A stretch of 63,211 bases of DNA, filler included, from Octopus bimaculoides (taxonomy: Eukaryota), in NCBI RefSeq assembly GCF_001194135.2. It is 8 parts of 8 records of this genome, joined end to end, with 100 filler letters (N's around TTAATTAATTAA, not from the genome) between each part and the next. Parts side by side here need not be neighbours in the genome. Positions count along the whole stretch, not along the records: positions 1 to 7,205 come from NC_068996.1; positions 7,306 to 19,872 come from NC_068983.1; 6 more parts are not named here. One strand, written 5' to 3'. Shown here piece after piece: positions 1 to 13,100 of this stretch (position 1 is its first letter; each line of letters starts with the position of its first letter). Position numbers and translations under genes: made by a program. The notes under the pieces were generated by a model. That model searched no databases. It saw only the letters and a list, made by a program, of their open reading frames with translations, and was not told the DNA's origin.

Positions 1-139
1 CTAAAACACAACTGGAACCCTAAGTAAGGCATCTGTAAAATTTGAATGAAATTGGTTGCGTAGTTCTCGAGTTTTAGGGATTCACACAGACAGACAGACA
101 GACAGACAGACACACATTCTCATTTTTATATATATAGAT
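1..139 (+). mobile_element. 3' part of a Helentron/HINE (DINE-1-like) non-autonomous element
   Basis: tgtaaaatttgaatgaaattggttg, then (CAGA)n, then attctcatttttatatatatagat. The 25-nt core recurs exactly at 29284-29308. Confidence 0.45.
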
Positions 140-1103
140 ATATATACACACACCTACATACATACATATACACATACTTGCATACCTACCTACCTACCTA
201 CCTACCTACCTACCTATCTACACACATACATACATACATACATACATACATACATACATAGAACAAAACTTGTGAAGTGTAAGGAGTGTTATATAGTTTG
301 AACTAGTTGCGAGATTTAATAAAAAAAAAAAAGGATGTCGGGACGTTTGAAAATAGGACGATGAGCGTGTTACGGTCGGTCTCCCAACCATGTTTGATAG
401 ACTTAAGTAAGAGGAGAATAAAAGAACTGAATAAACTACAACAGAATCGAACAAGAAACACAATATAGTTTTTGTACCAATCATTCTTACCTCTCATAAA
501 AATCATTTTCGTATGATATTACAGAAGAAGATTCGGCCGATAAAAAAATATATATATATAAAACGAATACACGATTGAACGTATAAATGAAGTTACAAGA
601 GAAAGAAGAGACTTTAAAAAATATTGTATACAAATAAATAAATAAATAAATAAATAAAAAAGAATGGAGAACAATATAAAGAATCGTTGTTTGAAAATAT
701 TCGAACGAAAAATTCTATTCAGAGGTTTTTACTCTAGATTTTTTTCTTTGCGTGTGTGTGCTATATTTCGCAAATTTTGTGGTTGATTGTTTATCTATTG
801 TTGTTGTTGTTTATAATTGCCTACAATATGCGTATATTGTGTTTGTTTATTGTCATTGAGAGGTTGTTGCTGTACTAGTCTTTATTCATATGAAATACAT
901 ACAGGTGTGTGTGTCTGTCTGTCTGTTTGTGTATATATACTATATTTGTGGGCTAACCAAGGCTGCCATTGGTTTCATATTAAGAGAGGTATATATCTCA
1001 TAACAATCATTAATCCTATTTCATGGGACCGTGTTTTCATCCAAGATAGAGACGAACACCAATGTCCTATGCAATAAACATGTTCGATATTAACGTGTGC
1101 ATG

Positions 1104-1147
<44 letters not shown>

Positions 1148-1316
1148 AGAAGAAGAAGAAGAAGAAGAAGAAGAAGAAGAAGAAGAAGAAGAAGAAGAAG
1201 AAGAAGAAGAAGAAGAAGAAGAAGAAGAAGAAGAAGAAGAAGAAGAAGAAGAAGAAGAAGAAGAAGAAGAAGAAGAAGAAGAAGAAGAAGAAGAAGAAGA
1301 AGAAGAAGAAGAAGAA
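1104..1316 (+). repeat. Compound microsatellite: (TAGA)n then perfect (GAA)57
   Basis: GAA tract 1146-1316 read directly. Confidence 0.98.
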
Positions 1317-2790
1317 TCACAGAACAGAGACTCTATGACCAGGTAAGGGCAATAAGTAAGAGATGACAGCTTACAGCATCAGAGTTTGATGAGATAAAGA
1401 AGAATGTAATGACTGATAAAAAAAAAAGAACAGTGGGTGAATTAGATGCGGTTAGAGAGAAAGTTGGCGAGGCTACATTTAACGACGGTGTCCGGGAGAA
1501 TTATAAGGACTTAAACCTTGAGAGTATAGAAGGACTGAATGATGAGGACAGAGGAATGGTGAAAGACATCACTAGCATCATTGAGGAAAATCTGGACATA
1601 GAAATAAATGGATTCAGTAAAGTAAACAGAAATTTTCTCGGTGGGGTGAATCTAGAGGGTGAATGAAATATTGAAAGAAACCAAGACAGATAATATAACT
1701 GGAAGGACTAGATTGATTAAAGCTTTATCATTTACATTGATTAAAGCTTTATCATCTACATAGGAAGGAAAGCAGGCCTCGAATCAAATGGTAAAAGAGA
1801 AAACGAAGAAAAAGAGCCTTGGGGGAAAAGAAGATTAACATGATCAATGAACGAATTACGAAAACATGTGAACACCTTGAAAAGAAAGAAAGAATACTGG
1901 GATGGAATTTGGGACTGAAAAGTGTGGTATGGTTATGATACAAAAAGACAAAGTAATATCGTCTGATTGTGTAGAAATACCTAGCGGTGAGAAAATCAAG
2001 AATGTTGAGACCGGTGGATATAAGTATCTGGGTATTTTGGAGTATTTCAAAACCAAGGAGAATGATATGAAGGAAAGCTTTAGGTGAGAATATCTCAGAA
2101 GAATCAAGTTAATCATGGTAAGTAGACTCAAGGTAAAGAACACAGTCAGAGCAAAGAACCTGTGGGCTGTCTCCTTAAGACAATACGGTGCAAGTGTCGT
2201 TAGATAGACAAATAACGAGCTTGAGGAAATGAATAAATAAACCAGGAAAGTGATGACAATTAACAAGGAACTGCACCTAAAAAGCGATATTGACAGACTA
2301 TATGTGCTTAGGAACAAGGGGCGGAAGAGGCCTCAGAGATGCAATATCTGTGTTATCAACGAGAATAGTCTGGGATGGTACATCAAACAGCTGAGTGAAT
2401 CCCCGCTTGCCGCTGTTAGAAATAATAAGACAATACCTACCGAAAATGTGAGGCACCCAGAAACAGTTAAAAAGCAAGATGAAGAACAAAGAATAAACAA
2501 CCGGAAAATGAAAACACTACATAGGTAAAAACCTCAGAGAAATCGAAGGGAAAGACAAGTCCAACACCTGGAGATGACAAAGAAAAAGTGATCTGAAAGG
2601 ATGCACTGAGGCATTGAAATGCAGCGCACAAGAACAAGCTCTAAGAATTAATTACACCAAGTTCCAAATAGATAAAAGCAGTGAATCGTCCCTTTGTAGG
2701 ATGTGTGGTAGCAAAAACGAAATAATCTCACATATTGTGAGTGTAGCAAACTGGCCCAAAAACACTATAAAAGGAGACACAACAACGTAA
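1317..2790 (+). mobile_element. R4/Dong-clade LINE remnant with the RT core deleted
   Basis: N-terminal EPW.KRRL...ELRK motif, thumb motifs MEFG.EKC, GYKYLG and SDIDRLY..R, and the CCHC knuckle AQEQALRINY...CRMCG...HIVS..C..LAQ..YKRRH. Many stops and frameshifts. Confidence 0.85.
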
Positions 2791-2799
2791 CTTACAAAT

Positions 2800-2935
2800 T
2801 CGTCAAAAGTGACCGATACAATAAATACAAGGCTTCAAAAAAGAGTGGTCGGGTTGTTTCATTCGACTTTCAAAGTTTTTCAAAGTGTTACCCCAGCATG
2901 GCCGCAGTCTAATGACTGAAACAATTAAAAAGTAA
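2800..2935 (+). mobile_element. SINE B 3' fragment
   Basis: ccagcatggccgcagtctaatgactgaaacaa tail, shared with many copies in the window. Confidence 0.8.
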
Positions 2936-3065
2936 AAATGTAAAAGGTGTATGTATGTATTCATATATGTGCATATATGTATTCATATTTATATATATGT
3001 AAATGTATATACACACACATACACACATACACATATATATATGTGAATATATGTATGCATGTACG

Positions 3066-3121
<56 letters not shown>

Positions 3122-3174
3122 AACACACAGTCACACGTATATATAACTGTGTGCGCGGGTGTGTGAGTATAATT

Positions 3175-3207
<33 letters not shown>

Positions 3208-3212
3208 TAGAC

Positions 3213-3263
<51 letters not shown>

Positions 3264-4189
3264 NNNNNNNNNNNNNNNNNNNNNNNNNNNNNNNNNNNNN
3301 NNNNNNNNNNNNNNNNNNNNNNNNNNNNNNNNNNNNNNNNNNNNNNNNNNNNNNNNNNNNNNNNNNNNNNNNNNNNNNNNNNNNNNNNNNNNNNNNNNNN
3401 NNNNNNNNNNNNNNNNNNNNNNNNNNNNNNNNNNNNNNNNNNNNNNNNNNNNNNNNNNNNNNNNNNNNNNNNNNNNNNNNNNNNNNNNNNNNNNNNNNNN
3501 NNNNNNNNNNNNNNNNNNNNNNNNNNNNNNNNNNNNNNNNNNNNNNNNNNNNNNNNNNNNNNNNNNNNNNNNNNNNNNNNNNNNNNNNNNNNNNNNNNNN
3601 NNNNNNNNNNNNNNNNNNNNNNNNNNNNNNNNNNNNNNNNNNNNNNNNNNNNNNNNNNNNNNNNNNNNNNNNNNNNNNNNNNNNNNNNNNNNNNNNNNNN
3701 NNNNNNNNNNNNNNNNNNNNNNNNNNNNNNNNNNNNNNNNNNNNNNNNNNNNNNNNNNNNNNNNNNNNNNNNNNNNNNNNNNNNNNNNNNNNNNNNNNNN
3801 NNNNNNNNNNNNNNNNNNNNNNNNNNNNNNNNNNNNNNNNNNNNNNNNNNNNNNNNNNNNNNNNNNNNNNNNNNNNNNNNNNNNNNNNNNNNNNNNNNNN
3901 NNNNNNNNNNNNNNNNNNNNNNNNNNNNNNNNNNNNNNNNNNNNNNNNNNNNNNNNNNNNNNNNNNNNNNNNNNNNNNNNNNNNNNNNNNNNNNNNNNNN
4001 NNNNNNNNNNNNNNNNNNNNNNNNNNNNNNNNNNNNNNNNNNNNNNNNNNNNNNNNNNNNNNNNNNNNNNNNNNNNNNNNNNNNNNNNNNNNNNNNNNNN
4101 NNNNNNNNNNNNNNNNNNNNNNNNNNNNNNNNNNNNNNNNNNNNNNNNNNNNNNNNNNNNNNNNNNNNTATATATGCATATACATGAAA

Positions 4190-4490
4190 TTTACAGAAAG
4201 ACGAAGATAGTTGTATAAACAACATGCAGGTGTATTAGTTTGACGCTCGGGAAGGTGAGAAAGTCTTTTACGTTTCGAGCCTACGCTCTTCAACAGAAAG
4301 GGCAAAAAACAGAATGGTCAAAAGAGTTCAAAAAGGTTCAAACGTCGTGGTGTATTGGAGCGATTTTTCACCAACGGAAGATTCCAGCTAAATCCGTATG
4401 TATATCCAGTAGTAATCCGGGTAGAATGCTAGTTTGTAGATGAGGAGAGGTACAGAAAGTTCAGGTAGTAGTAAGTCCGGTAGGAGATTA
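4190..4490 (-). mobile_element. Penelope-like element pseudo-LTR remnant
   Basis: Minus strand reads hammerhead motif then ctttctcaccttcccgagcgtcaaactaatacac. A related tail lies at 24533-24610. Confidence 0.55.
4265..4300 (-). ncRNA. Minimal type I hammerhead ribozyme motif (A6 mutated)
   Basis: Minus strand: CUUU CUGUUGA A GAGC guag GCUC GAAAC GU A AAAG. Stem I (4 bp) and stem II (4 bp) are perfect; stem III is palindromic ACGU. Confidence 0.65.
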
Positions 4491-4758
4491 AAGCAGGATA
4501 TATACATACAGCCATACACATACATGCATATTCATTGTTAAATATTTGTTTATTTGCGTTTACACAATAGAAAAGTATTCAATATGTAAAGTAGAGTATG
4601 ATTATTTACTGAAGCTGAAAGCTTCTTCAATCAAAACTCTGAGTTTCACGTTACCGATTATTAAAACTATAGAAGTAGGGAGACAGCTGAAACATATACA
4701 AGGAAAAATATTCGTAAATACATCAAAACATGGCTAGTCAATTGTACATCTCTTTCTC

Positions 4759-4826
<68 letters not shown>

Positions 4827-6177
4827 TTCCTCTCTCTGTCTCTGTGTGTTTGTGTGTGTTTGTGTCTCTGTCTCTCTCTTTCTCTCTTAGTCTCCCTCCC
4901 TTTTTCCTCTCCTCTTCTTTTCAACAAACAGTTTCCTCTAGAATTTACGCGGGAAAATTGAAACCTGTGGAAAGTAGTTAGATTTCATAGTTAATATGTA
5001 ATATAACAAGGAAAAATGAATATAGCAGATATAACCCATCATTCGTAATTCGAAATGAATGACTAGCGCTACAAAGCATTCTGTAAGCTTTTCTGTTGGC
5101 CCTGTTTACTCATTTCCAGAAAGAGTGGTGTGCAGAATGACCGAAGTTACTTTGCTCTTAATTATTTGACAACACAAGATCTCAAGTCCACATTCAAACA
5201 TATTTGACTTCACCCATTGCCCAATTTGACACCACCCGAATGCCTTTAGCAGAGTCCATTCTGTTGCAGCATTTGGACCAAGCCTCCAGTTTGAGGACAT
5301 CTCCTGTTCTCATTCCCAGAAGTTTCGCAAAGCCTGAAATAAGGACACGAGTATAGATTTTCTACCTGGTTACATGATAAAAAAAATTTCTCAAACTCTA
5401 TGGAAAATATTCATGAACTATCAGTACCTTTAAGAATTCCACGAATAGCTTGAAAATTATATATTTATAAATTCAAAAATATTTTATTTATTCATTTTTT
5501 AATCGAATGATTATTGAAATAGTGTGAAGTCCACACAAGCAGCACTGAAGGTGTAATCATAGGAAGCAACAACTTTAAAAACTATTCATTGTTATAGTCG
5601 TCGCACTTCTAACTCAAATAGTTGTTACATTGTTACCTATTAAATCATGCTTCTACGTTGGTATCTGTAATGGAATACTGCTTTGACATCACCAATAGTG
5701 CTGTTAATACACACTCTCNNNNNNNNNNNNNNNNNNNNNNNNNNNNNNNNNNNNNNNNNNNNNNNNNNNNNNNNNNNNNNNNNNNNNNNNNNNNNNNNNN
5801 NNNNNNNNNNNNNNNNNNNNNNNNNNNNNNNNNNNNNNNNNNNNNNNNNNNNNNNNNNNNNNNNNNNNNNNNNNNNNNNNNNNNNNNNNNNNNNNNNNNN
5901 NNNNNNNNNNNNNNNNNNNNNNNNNNNNNNNNNNNNNNNNNNNNNNNNNNNNNNNNNNNNNNNNNNNNNNNNNNNNNNNNNNNNNNNNNNNNNNNNNNNN
6001 NNNNNNNNNNNNNNNNNNNNNNNNNNNNNNNNNNNNNNNNNNNNNNNNNNNNNNNNNNNNNNNNNNNNNNNNNNNNNNNNNNNNNNNNNNNNNNNNNNNN
6101 NNNNNNNNNNNNNNNNNNNNNNNNNNNNNNNNNNNNNNNNNNNNNNNNNNNNNNNNNNNNNNNNNNNNNNNNNNNNN

Positions 6178-6208
<31 letters not shown>

Positions 6209-6359
6209 CATACACGCGTTGGTAGCGGTGTTAAACTGCAAAAGTGATTAAGTCAACCAGCCATGTAGGCCATAGAGAGATTTAAACCTAGAACGCAGGG
6301 AACCGGAAAAATTACCGGCGTTTTTCTACAGTTCCGACATTCGAACGCCTGGATTGGTT

Positions 6360-6505
6360 CCTCTTTTTAACGACCCCGAAAGGTTGAACAGATAAAAGAC
6401 AAAGTTGACCTCGACGGGACTTGAAATCAGAGCAACAGAACAAGGCACTTCTGACGGCGTTCATACGACCCTTTCACGTTCATGCGACCCTTCCAATTTG
6501 GCCGT
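6360..6505 (-). mobile_element. Degenerate SINE A
   Basis: cgaccccgaaagg...aaagttgacctcgacgggacttgaa, matching the clearer copy at 11947-12160. Confidence 0.6.
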
Positions 6506-6859
6506 GATATCGCATTTAATTAAACAAACCATCACAACAGATTACCAAACAGTTCAATACGATTATTTTAGTGTTAATTTATTTTTTTAAAACAACGAAG
6601 GTATCGTACGACGAGGGAAAAAATTCAAACCAATACACATCCGGAATATCCGTAATTTGATTCATTTTATTTACCTACGCGGTCTTTCGACATGCTGGAA
6701 TAGTAAACAGATTTCCTGATAAAATATCGCATTTCTTTTCATTTATAGATATACCTCGCTTTTATATTTTTCTTGTATAAAGTTAATTAATAGTGTGATA
6801 GTTGTGCTTGTTGTCATTGTCATTGCAGTTTTCGTGTTTCGTGTCGTTTTTGTTGTTGT

Positions 6860-6945
6860 TTTCATTGTTGCTGTTGTTGTTGTTGTTGTTATTGTTGTTG
6901 TTGTTGTTGTCGTCGTCGGCGGCGGCGTCGTTGTTGTTGATTGTG
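6860..6945 (+). repeat. (GTT)n tract with a short GTC/GGC interruption
   Basis: Read directly. Confidence 0.9.
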
Positions 6946-7205
6946 CTTTTATTGTTTTCGTATTTGTTAAGATCATTCAAGTCAGCCTTGGATGATCAAA
7001 AGCATTCCAGCGATGATCGTAACTGATTTTCCTGATGCATACACACACACACACACACTCACACTTACACTTACATGCACGTACATACACTTACTCACAC
7101 ACAACACATACACACGTATATATATATGTATGTATGCATATATATGCGTGTGTACACATATATATGTATGTATATGCGTGTATATATATATATATATAAA
7201 TATAT

Positions 7206-7305
7206 NNNNNNNNNNNNNNNNNNNNNNNNNNNNNNNNNNNNNNNNNNNNTTAATTAATTAANNNNNNNNNNNNNNNNNNNNNNNNNNNNNNNNNNNNNNN
7301 NNNNN
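7206..7305. other. Artificial 100-bp scaffold-join gap (44 N, TTAATTAATTAA, 44 N)
   Basis: Linker at 7250-7261; identical geometry at seven sites. Confidence 0.95.
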
Positions 7306-7497
7306 CCAACTTAAACAAGGAGACCGTCCTGAAGAGTTGCAGGAGATTCTGAAGTCGTCTGGAGACCGTAATTGAAGCAAGAATAAATTTACTCGTTAGT
7401 ATTACAATATATTTTTAGGTAATTTTGGTAAATATATGTTAAAATGAGATGTCAAAGTTATTTTCATTTTTACGTAATTTAGACAATATATTCACCG

Positions 7498-7500
<3 letters not shown>
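7306..7500 (+). mobile_element. Tc1/mariner-superfamily (maT/DD37D-like) transposase C-terminus and right end
   Basis: NLNKETVLKSCRRF*SRLETVIEA resembles the .ACRRFRSRLE.V.EA C-terminus; the stop fits CGA>TGA decay. Confidence 0.6.
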
Positions 7501-7551
<51 letters not shown>

Positions 7552-8949
7552 GGATGTTTGTGTGCGCGTGTGTGTAAGAGAGAGAAAGTAAATGAGACAC
7601 TGAGTGAACTCTTCGAAAGAGTGAGATAAAATCAGCTCTTTATCCCAAAACAGCTCAAAATTCTCTTTCTCTCACAGACCCAACCAAACGCTGTATAGCT
7701 ATCCCGGAACCATATCCCCATCTCTTTCCATTTTTGTGACACTCTTACACCGTAGAGCTGGCATCTATCAGAGAGCAAGTCTGCCACCATCTTCGGCATT
7801 TGACCTACTGTCAGCCATGAAAAGCATGTTCTGCACTAAATCTAAGCTTACTTCTCCCCCTCCTCACACTCTTCTCACCACTGCTTCTTCACTGAAAAGC
7901 GTGACTTTTCATCATCGGTGTTATTAATGAGTGTGAGGTATTGTATATATATAGATATGTGTGTGTGTTTCTCTTTGTTTGTTTTTTTGTTAGCATGTGT
8001 GTGTATGTGTATGTGAGAAGAGAGGGAATATTACATACACGTATAGACACACATGCTATATATATANNNNNNNNNNNNNNNNNNNNNNNNNNNNNNNNNN
8101 NNNNNNNNNNNNNNNNNNNNNNNNNNNNNNATATATATATATATATATATGTATACACACACACACACACACACACACATACACACACATATATACATAT
8201 AAATCGTTATGTAAAAGTGAGGAAGAGAAGGGAATACAAAACACACGCAAGCACTTATTTGTGTAGTAAAGTGTATATGTATGCGTGTGTATATATGCAT
8301 GTTAGTATCTGTGAGTGTGTATGCACACACACACACACACACATACACACATATATACAGGTATATATATATATGTACGTGTGTCCCTGTATGTATGCTT
8401 ATATTCACACGCACACACGTGTATACGTAAGCTTATATGTGTAGGTGTATTCTCTTTAGTTGACTTATAAAATATGTAAAAAAAAACAGCAAAATTGTCA
8501 ATAAATTCTTTATTAAAACGCGCGCGCGCATGCATATGCACGTGCACACAAAAATATGCTATCATTTTGTTTTATCGTTTTTTGTTCTTTTCACTCTTAC
8601 ACTTACTCTCTCTCTCTCTCTCTTTTTCTTTCTGTTTCATTCTTCCTCCGAACTTCCTTCAAGATCTGACCCAGTCTCCTTCTTTCCCTCCATTTTCATT
8701 ACCCTATGCACAAAGAGCTTCTCTGAATCTGGCCTCATACATTCCACAAAGCTTGTCCAGAGAAAATATTGGAAGAATCAACACATATGTCTTCCTTTCA
8801 GTCTGACATCTATGTTTTATTTTCTTTCCTCGACAACATCATACGAAAAACTAATTTTAGACTAATTCTTCAACCTTGGCAACCCAGTATTCTAGAATTC
8901 TCTCAATATCCACGTTGTCGTAACCATTTAAAAAAATATTTTCCTTTTG

Positions 8950-9185
8950 ATCAGATGGGGGTCGTGACGATGATTCCTTTCTTCTTTGACGTTTCTCATC
9001 TACTGCAGATGCTCTGGCCTTCTCAAAATTGCTTGCAGCAGTCAGGATGCAATCTCACTACACCTTTCATTATACTGTGACTCCTTCCCACCCTGGGGGG
9101 GGGGGCTATCCCTACCTGGATGAACTGGCGTTTCAGCTGGTCTTCAAAGCCTACGATATTTGCCCCATATACGCCAGAACCTGTT
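8950..9185 (-). mobile_element. RTE (BovB-like) LINE 3' coding remnant
   Basis: Minus strand FEDQLKRQFIQVGI and AASNFEKARASAVDEKRQRRK. Confidence 0.55.
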
Positions 9186-9581
9186 GTTGAAGAACCAGTT
9201 CAAAGATTACCAATTCCTTAAGAGGCTATGCAAGCCTCTTAAGGACTAGCTGCTCTTCCTCATGACCTTAGGACGTGAAGAACTACCATAATATTTTCAT
9301 AGATGTGCAAGCCAAACTCTATCTGACAGAGGGTTGATCATGTAACTCCACCGGGAAATAGCGTCACCTCATCAAGCCCCGATTCTGGATGAGATTTCCT
9401 TTCTTCGTTTCGTAGTTATCTATGCAGCAAATCTAACCCCATTTAACGCTACCAATATTGTCCAAGGAAAATCAAGAAAAAGGCAAAAGCCAATAAATTT
9501 TGAGTGCTTATATATATATAAAGAGAGAGAGACACACAGACAGACAGAGATAGATAACTAGATAGATAAATAGATGCGCAG

Positions 9582-9712
9582 ATATGCTTCCCAACCACAT
9601 TGTTCCGGATTCAGTCCCACTGCGTGGCACCTTGGTCAAGTGTCTTCTACTATAACCTCGGGCCGACCAAGGCCTTGTGAGTGAATTCGGTAAACTGAAA
9701 GAACTCTGTCGT
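9582..9712 (+). mobile_element. SINE B 5' part (tRNA head and CORE-like cttggtcaagtgtctt)
   Basis: ccggattcagtcccactgcgtggcaccttggtcaagtgtcttctactataacctcgggccgacc. Confidence 0.85.
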
Positions 9713-9734
9713 ACATGTGCGTGAATGTGCGTGA

Positions 9735-9766
<32 letters not shown>

Positions 9767-10480
9767 NNNNNNNNNNNNNNNNNNNNNNNNNNNNNNNNNN
9801 NNNNNNNNNNNNNNNNNNNNNNNNNNNNNNNNNNNNNNNNNNNNNNNNNNNNNNNNNNNNNNNNNNNNNNNNNNNNNNNNNNNNNNNNNNNNNNNNNNNN
9901 NNNNNNNNNNNNNNNNNNNNNNNNNNNNNNNNNNNNNNNNNNNNNNNNNNNNNNNNNNNNNNNNNNNNNNNNNNNNNNNNNNNNNNNNNNNNNNNNNNNN
10001 NNNNNNNNNNNNNNNNNNNNNNNNNNNNNNNNNNNNNNNNNNNNNNNNNNNNNNNNNNNNNNNNNNNNNNNNNNNNNNNNNNNNNNNNNNNNNNNNNNNN
10101 NNNNNNNNNNNNNNNNNNNNNNNNNNNNNNNNNNNNNNNNNNNNNNNNNNNNNNNNNNNNNNNNNNNNNNNNNNNNNNNNNNNNNNNNNNNNNNNNNNNN
10201 NNNNNNNNNNNNNNNNNNNNNNNNNNNNNNNNNNNNNNNNNNNNNNNNNNNNNNNNNNNNNNNNNNNNNNNNNNNNNNNNNNNNNNNNNNNNNNNNNNNN
10301 NNNNNNNNNNNNNNNNNNNNNNNNNNNNNNNNNNNNNNNNNNNNNNNNNNNNNNNNNNNNNNNNNNNNNNNNNNNNNNNNNNNNNNNNNNNNNNNNNNNN
10401 NNNNNNNNNNNNNNNNNNNNNNNNNNNNNNNNNNNNNNNNNNNNNNNNNNNNNNNNNNNNNNNNNNNNNNNNNNNNNNNN

Positions 10481-10548
<68 letters not shown>

Positions 10549-11036
10549 ATATGTTTGTATATGTGTGTTCAGAAAATATTTAAACTATACAGGAATCTAG
10601 AAAATGAGGAAAAGCAAACATCTTTTTAAACATAACAGTTTAATTCCTTTTTTGTATTTAGCATGCCCTCCCTTCTATTAGTTATTATTAACTTATTCAT
10701 TCCTAAGTCCTCACCTCACTTTTTCCCCTCCCCAGCACACGTCATAAAATACCAGAGAGACTTGGCTGCAAGGTCTCTCCCGCCACTTCAAACTTTGTCC
10801 TCAAATCGGTCTGGACGGAGACAGAGAAAACTTGAATGACTAAATAATGTGAATCGGTGTTAAAGGCACGGTTAGCAAACAAAAGGTTTGCGGAAGAGTT
10901 AACTTGGTATACAAGAAGAGAAAGCAGGAGGGAGGGTGGGAGGTTGACGGAAGAAATAAAGGGAGGTAGGATACGAGAAAAGGAAGGAAGGGAGAAAGGA
11001 AGAAAGAAGATTCGCAGAATACATTTACCAGCACCA

Positions 11037-11098
<62 letters not shown>

Positions 11099-11472
11099 NN
11101 NNNNNNNNNNNNNNNNNNNNNNNNNNNNNNNNNNNNNNNNNNNNNNNNNNNNNNNNNNNNNNNNNNNNNNNNNNNNNNNNNNNNNNNNNNNNNNNNNNNN
11201 NNNNNNNNNNNNNNNNNNNNNNNNNNNNNNNNNNNNNNNNNNNNNNNNNNNNNNNNNNNNNNNNNNNNNNNNNNNNNNNNNNNNNNNNNNNNNNNNNNNN
11301 NNNNNNNNNNNNNNNNNNNNNNNNNNNNNNNNNNNNNNNNNNNNNNNNNNNNNNNNNNNNNNNNNGTGTGTATTAGTGAGTAAGTGAGAGATATAGAGAA
11401 ATAAAATGTAAGAGAATCTGTAAGCATGAACACATACGCACAGAAAGTCGTGGAGACATTAATGATATCTAG

Positions 11473-11517
<45 letters not shown>

Positions 11518-11946
11518 TATAATAATATAAATAATATATATATATATGCATATATACATACGTATATGCACATACTTATATACACATATGTGTATGTGTG
11601 TGTGTTTGAAACGTGGATGTATAGACTCCAAAATAAACAGGAAATAACAGGTGTGTTGATTATGCCGGTAATAACCCAATAGACATTAGGTTCCACGAAG
11701 CGACTGTATTTTCACTCTCTTTCCCTCTTTTTTATCCCTCTCGTTCTCTCTTTTTTCTCTTTCTCTTTCTCTTTCCCCTCGCTCCTCTCACTTACACACA
11801 TTTCCTCTCTTTCTTCTCCTCTCTTCTCGACTTATTGTTGATGAAATGATAAATTTCATATTGTCGGATAGAGAGTTTATTAATATTGGTGTCTCTGAAG
11901 AGTTCATTATGTTTGTGTCTGTTGATGTTCTATCGACTGATAACGA

Positions 11947-12160
11947 GGGTTTCAAATTTTGGCACTAGGCCAGCAATTTCGAGGGGGGGGGGGGTAAGTC
12001 GATTACATCGACCCCGGTGCTCAACTGGTACTTATTTTATCAACTCCGAAAGAATAAAAGCAAAGTCAACCTCGGCAGGATTTGAACTGAAAACGTAAAG
12101 ACGGACGAAATGCCGGTAAGCATTTTACCCAGCATGCTAACGATCCTGCCAGCTTGACGC
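11947..12160 (-). mobile_element. SINE A, near full length
   Basis: tRNA-like head at the right end; ggggtcgatgtaatcgact core; gtgccaaaatttgaaacc tail on the minus strand. Confidence 0.9.
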
Positions 12161-12171
12161 CTTACTATGGA

Positions 12172-12233
12172 CTGATAATATTGGTAATGCTGGAGACACT
12201 GATAATATTGGTAATGCTGGAGACACTGATAAT
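12172..12233 (+). repeat. 27-bp tandem repeat, 2.3 copies
   Basis: ctgataatattggtaatgctggagaca twice, plus ctgataat. Confidence 0.95.
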
Positions 12234-12490
12234 GTGGGTATCTATCTCGTCGGGCAAGCAAACCAATTCTTCCACTCCAGATGTCCTTATCTTTCATAAC
12301 AGTCTTCATATCCTCCACTTGATCCTCAGTTTTCTTCCACCAGTTGATTTATATAAAATCTTCTTGATCTACCGATACCTGTATGTCCACCCTGGGTATT
12401 TCATCTTTGCTTCTCCAACAGTACTCTGCATGACGTATTCTTCTTTCTCTGGTTAGCGAGGCGATGGTATGAAGACTTCCGTACCGTTAT
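12234..12490 (-). mobile_element. RTEX-clade LINE 3' remnant
   Basis: Minus strand RERRIRHAEYCWRSKDE...VEDMKTVMKDKDIWSGRI resembles RRLRFAGHCWRSK.E...EDL...M.DR..W. Confidence 0.6.
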
Positions 12491-12891
12491 TGCTTTCTTT
12501 TTTTAGGGTGGTGTCGCCAAGAAAGATTGAGAACTGCACAAAACATTCTCGTGTGTGCATCGGCAAACTCGTTTTCTTGTTCAGTGTCCATGCTAAAGAA
12601 CCATGCATAAAATGTTGATGTTGGTGGTTTTAACATGTTATAAGAACCAATGTGGGAGCCTCTAGGTTGTCACTGGATGTGCTAGAAATATTAATCAAAT
12701 TTCCATGGAATCCCACCCTACTTTTTTATTTTATGAAAGAAAGAGTACGAATAAAGTCATGATAGTCATGGCTAGAATGCTTTTGGTCAAGGATTTGCTC
12801 AGTCAGTGCTTATCTCTGGGGGGCTGAGATAAAGGAATCATTACTGAATATTTTAAGCGCGAGATTTACTATGACGCAGACTTAGAGGTCT

Positions 12892-13100
12892 TTTATTTTT
12901 TATTTGTTTCATTCATTAAACTTCGGCCATGCAGGAACACCGCCTTGAAGAATTTTAGTCGAACGAATCAGCCCCAACATTGTTTTTTTAAAGTCTGGTA
13001 CTTATTCAATCGGTCTTTTTGGCCGAACAGCTAAGTTACGGGGACGTAAACACATCGTCATCGGTTGTTAAGCGGAGGAGGGGGGCAAACACAGACAGAA
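12892..13100 (-). mobile_element. SINE B 3' half
   Basis: gccgaacagctaagttacggggacgtaaacac core. Confidence 0.85.

Noticed and set aside
5106-5300. 64-aa ORF in complex-looking sequence
   Set aside because: No motif recognised in the frames I read; may be an old TE.
10857-11040. Basic, charged ORF start MLKARLANKRF
   Set aside because: Runs into purine-rich and (CA)n sequence; no domain recognised.
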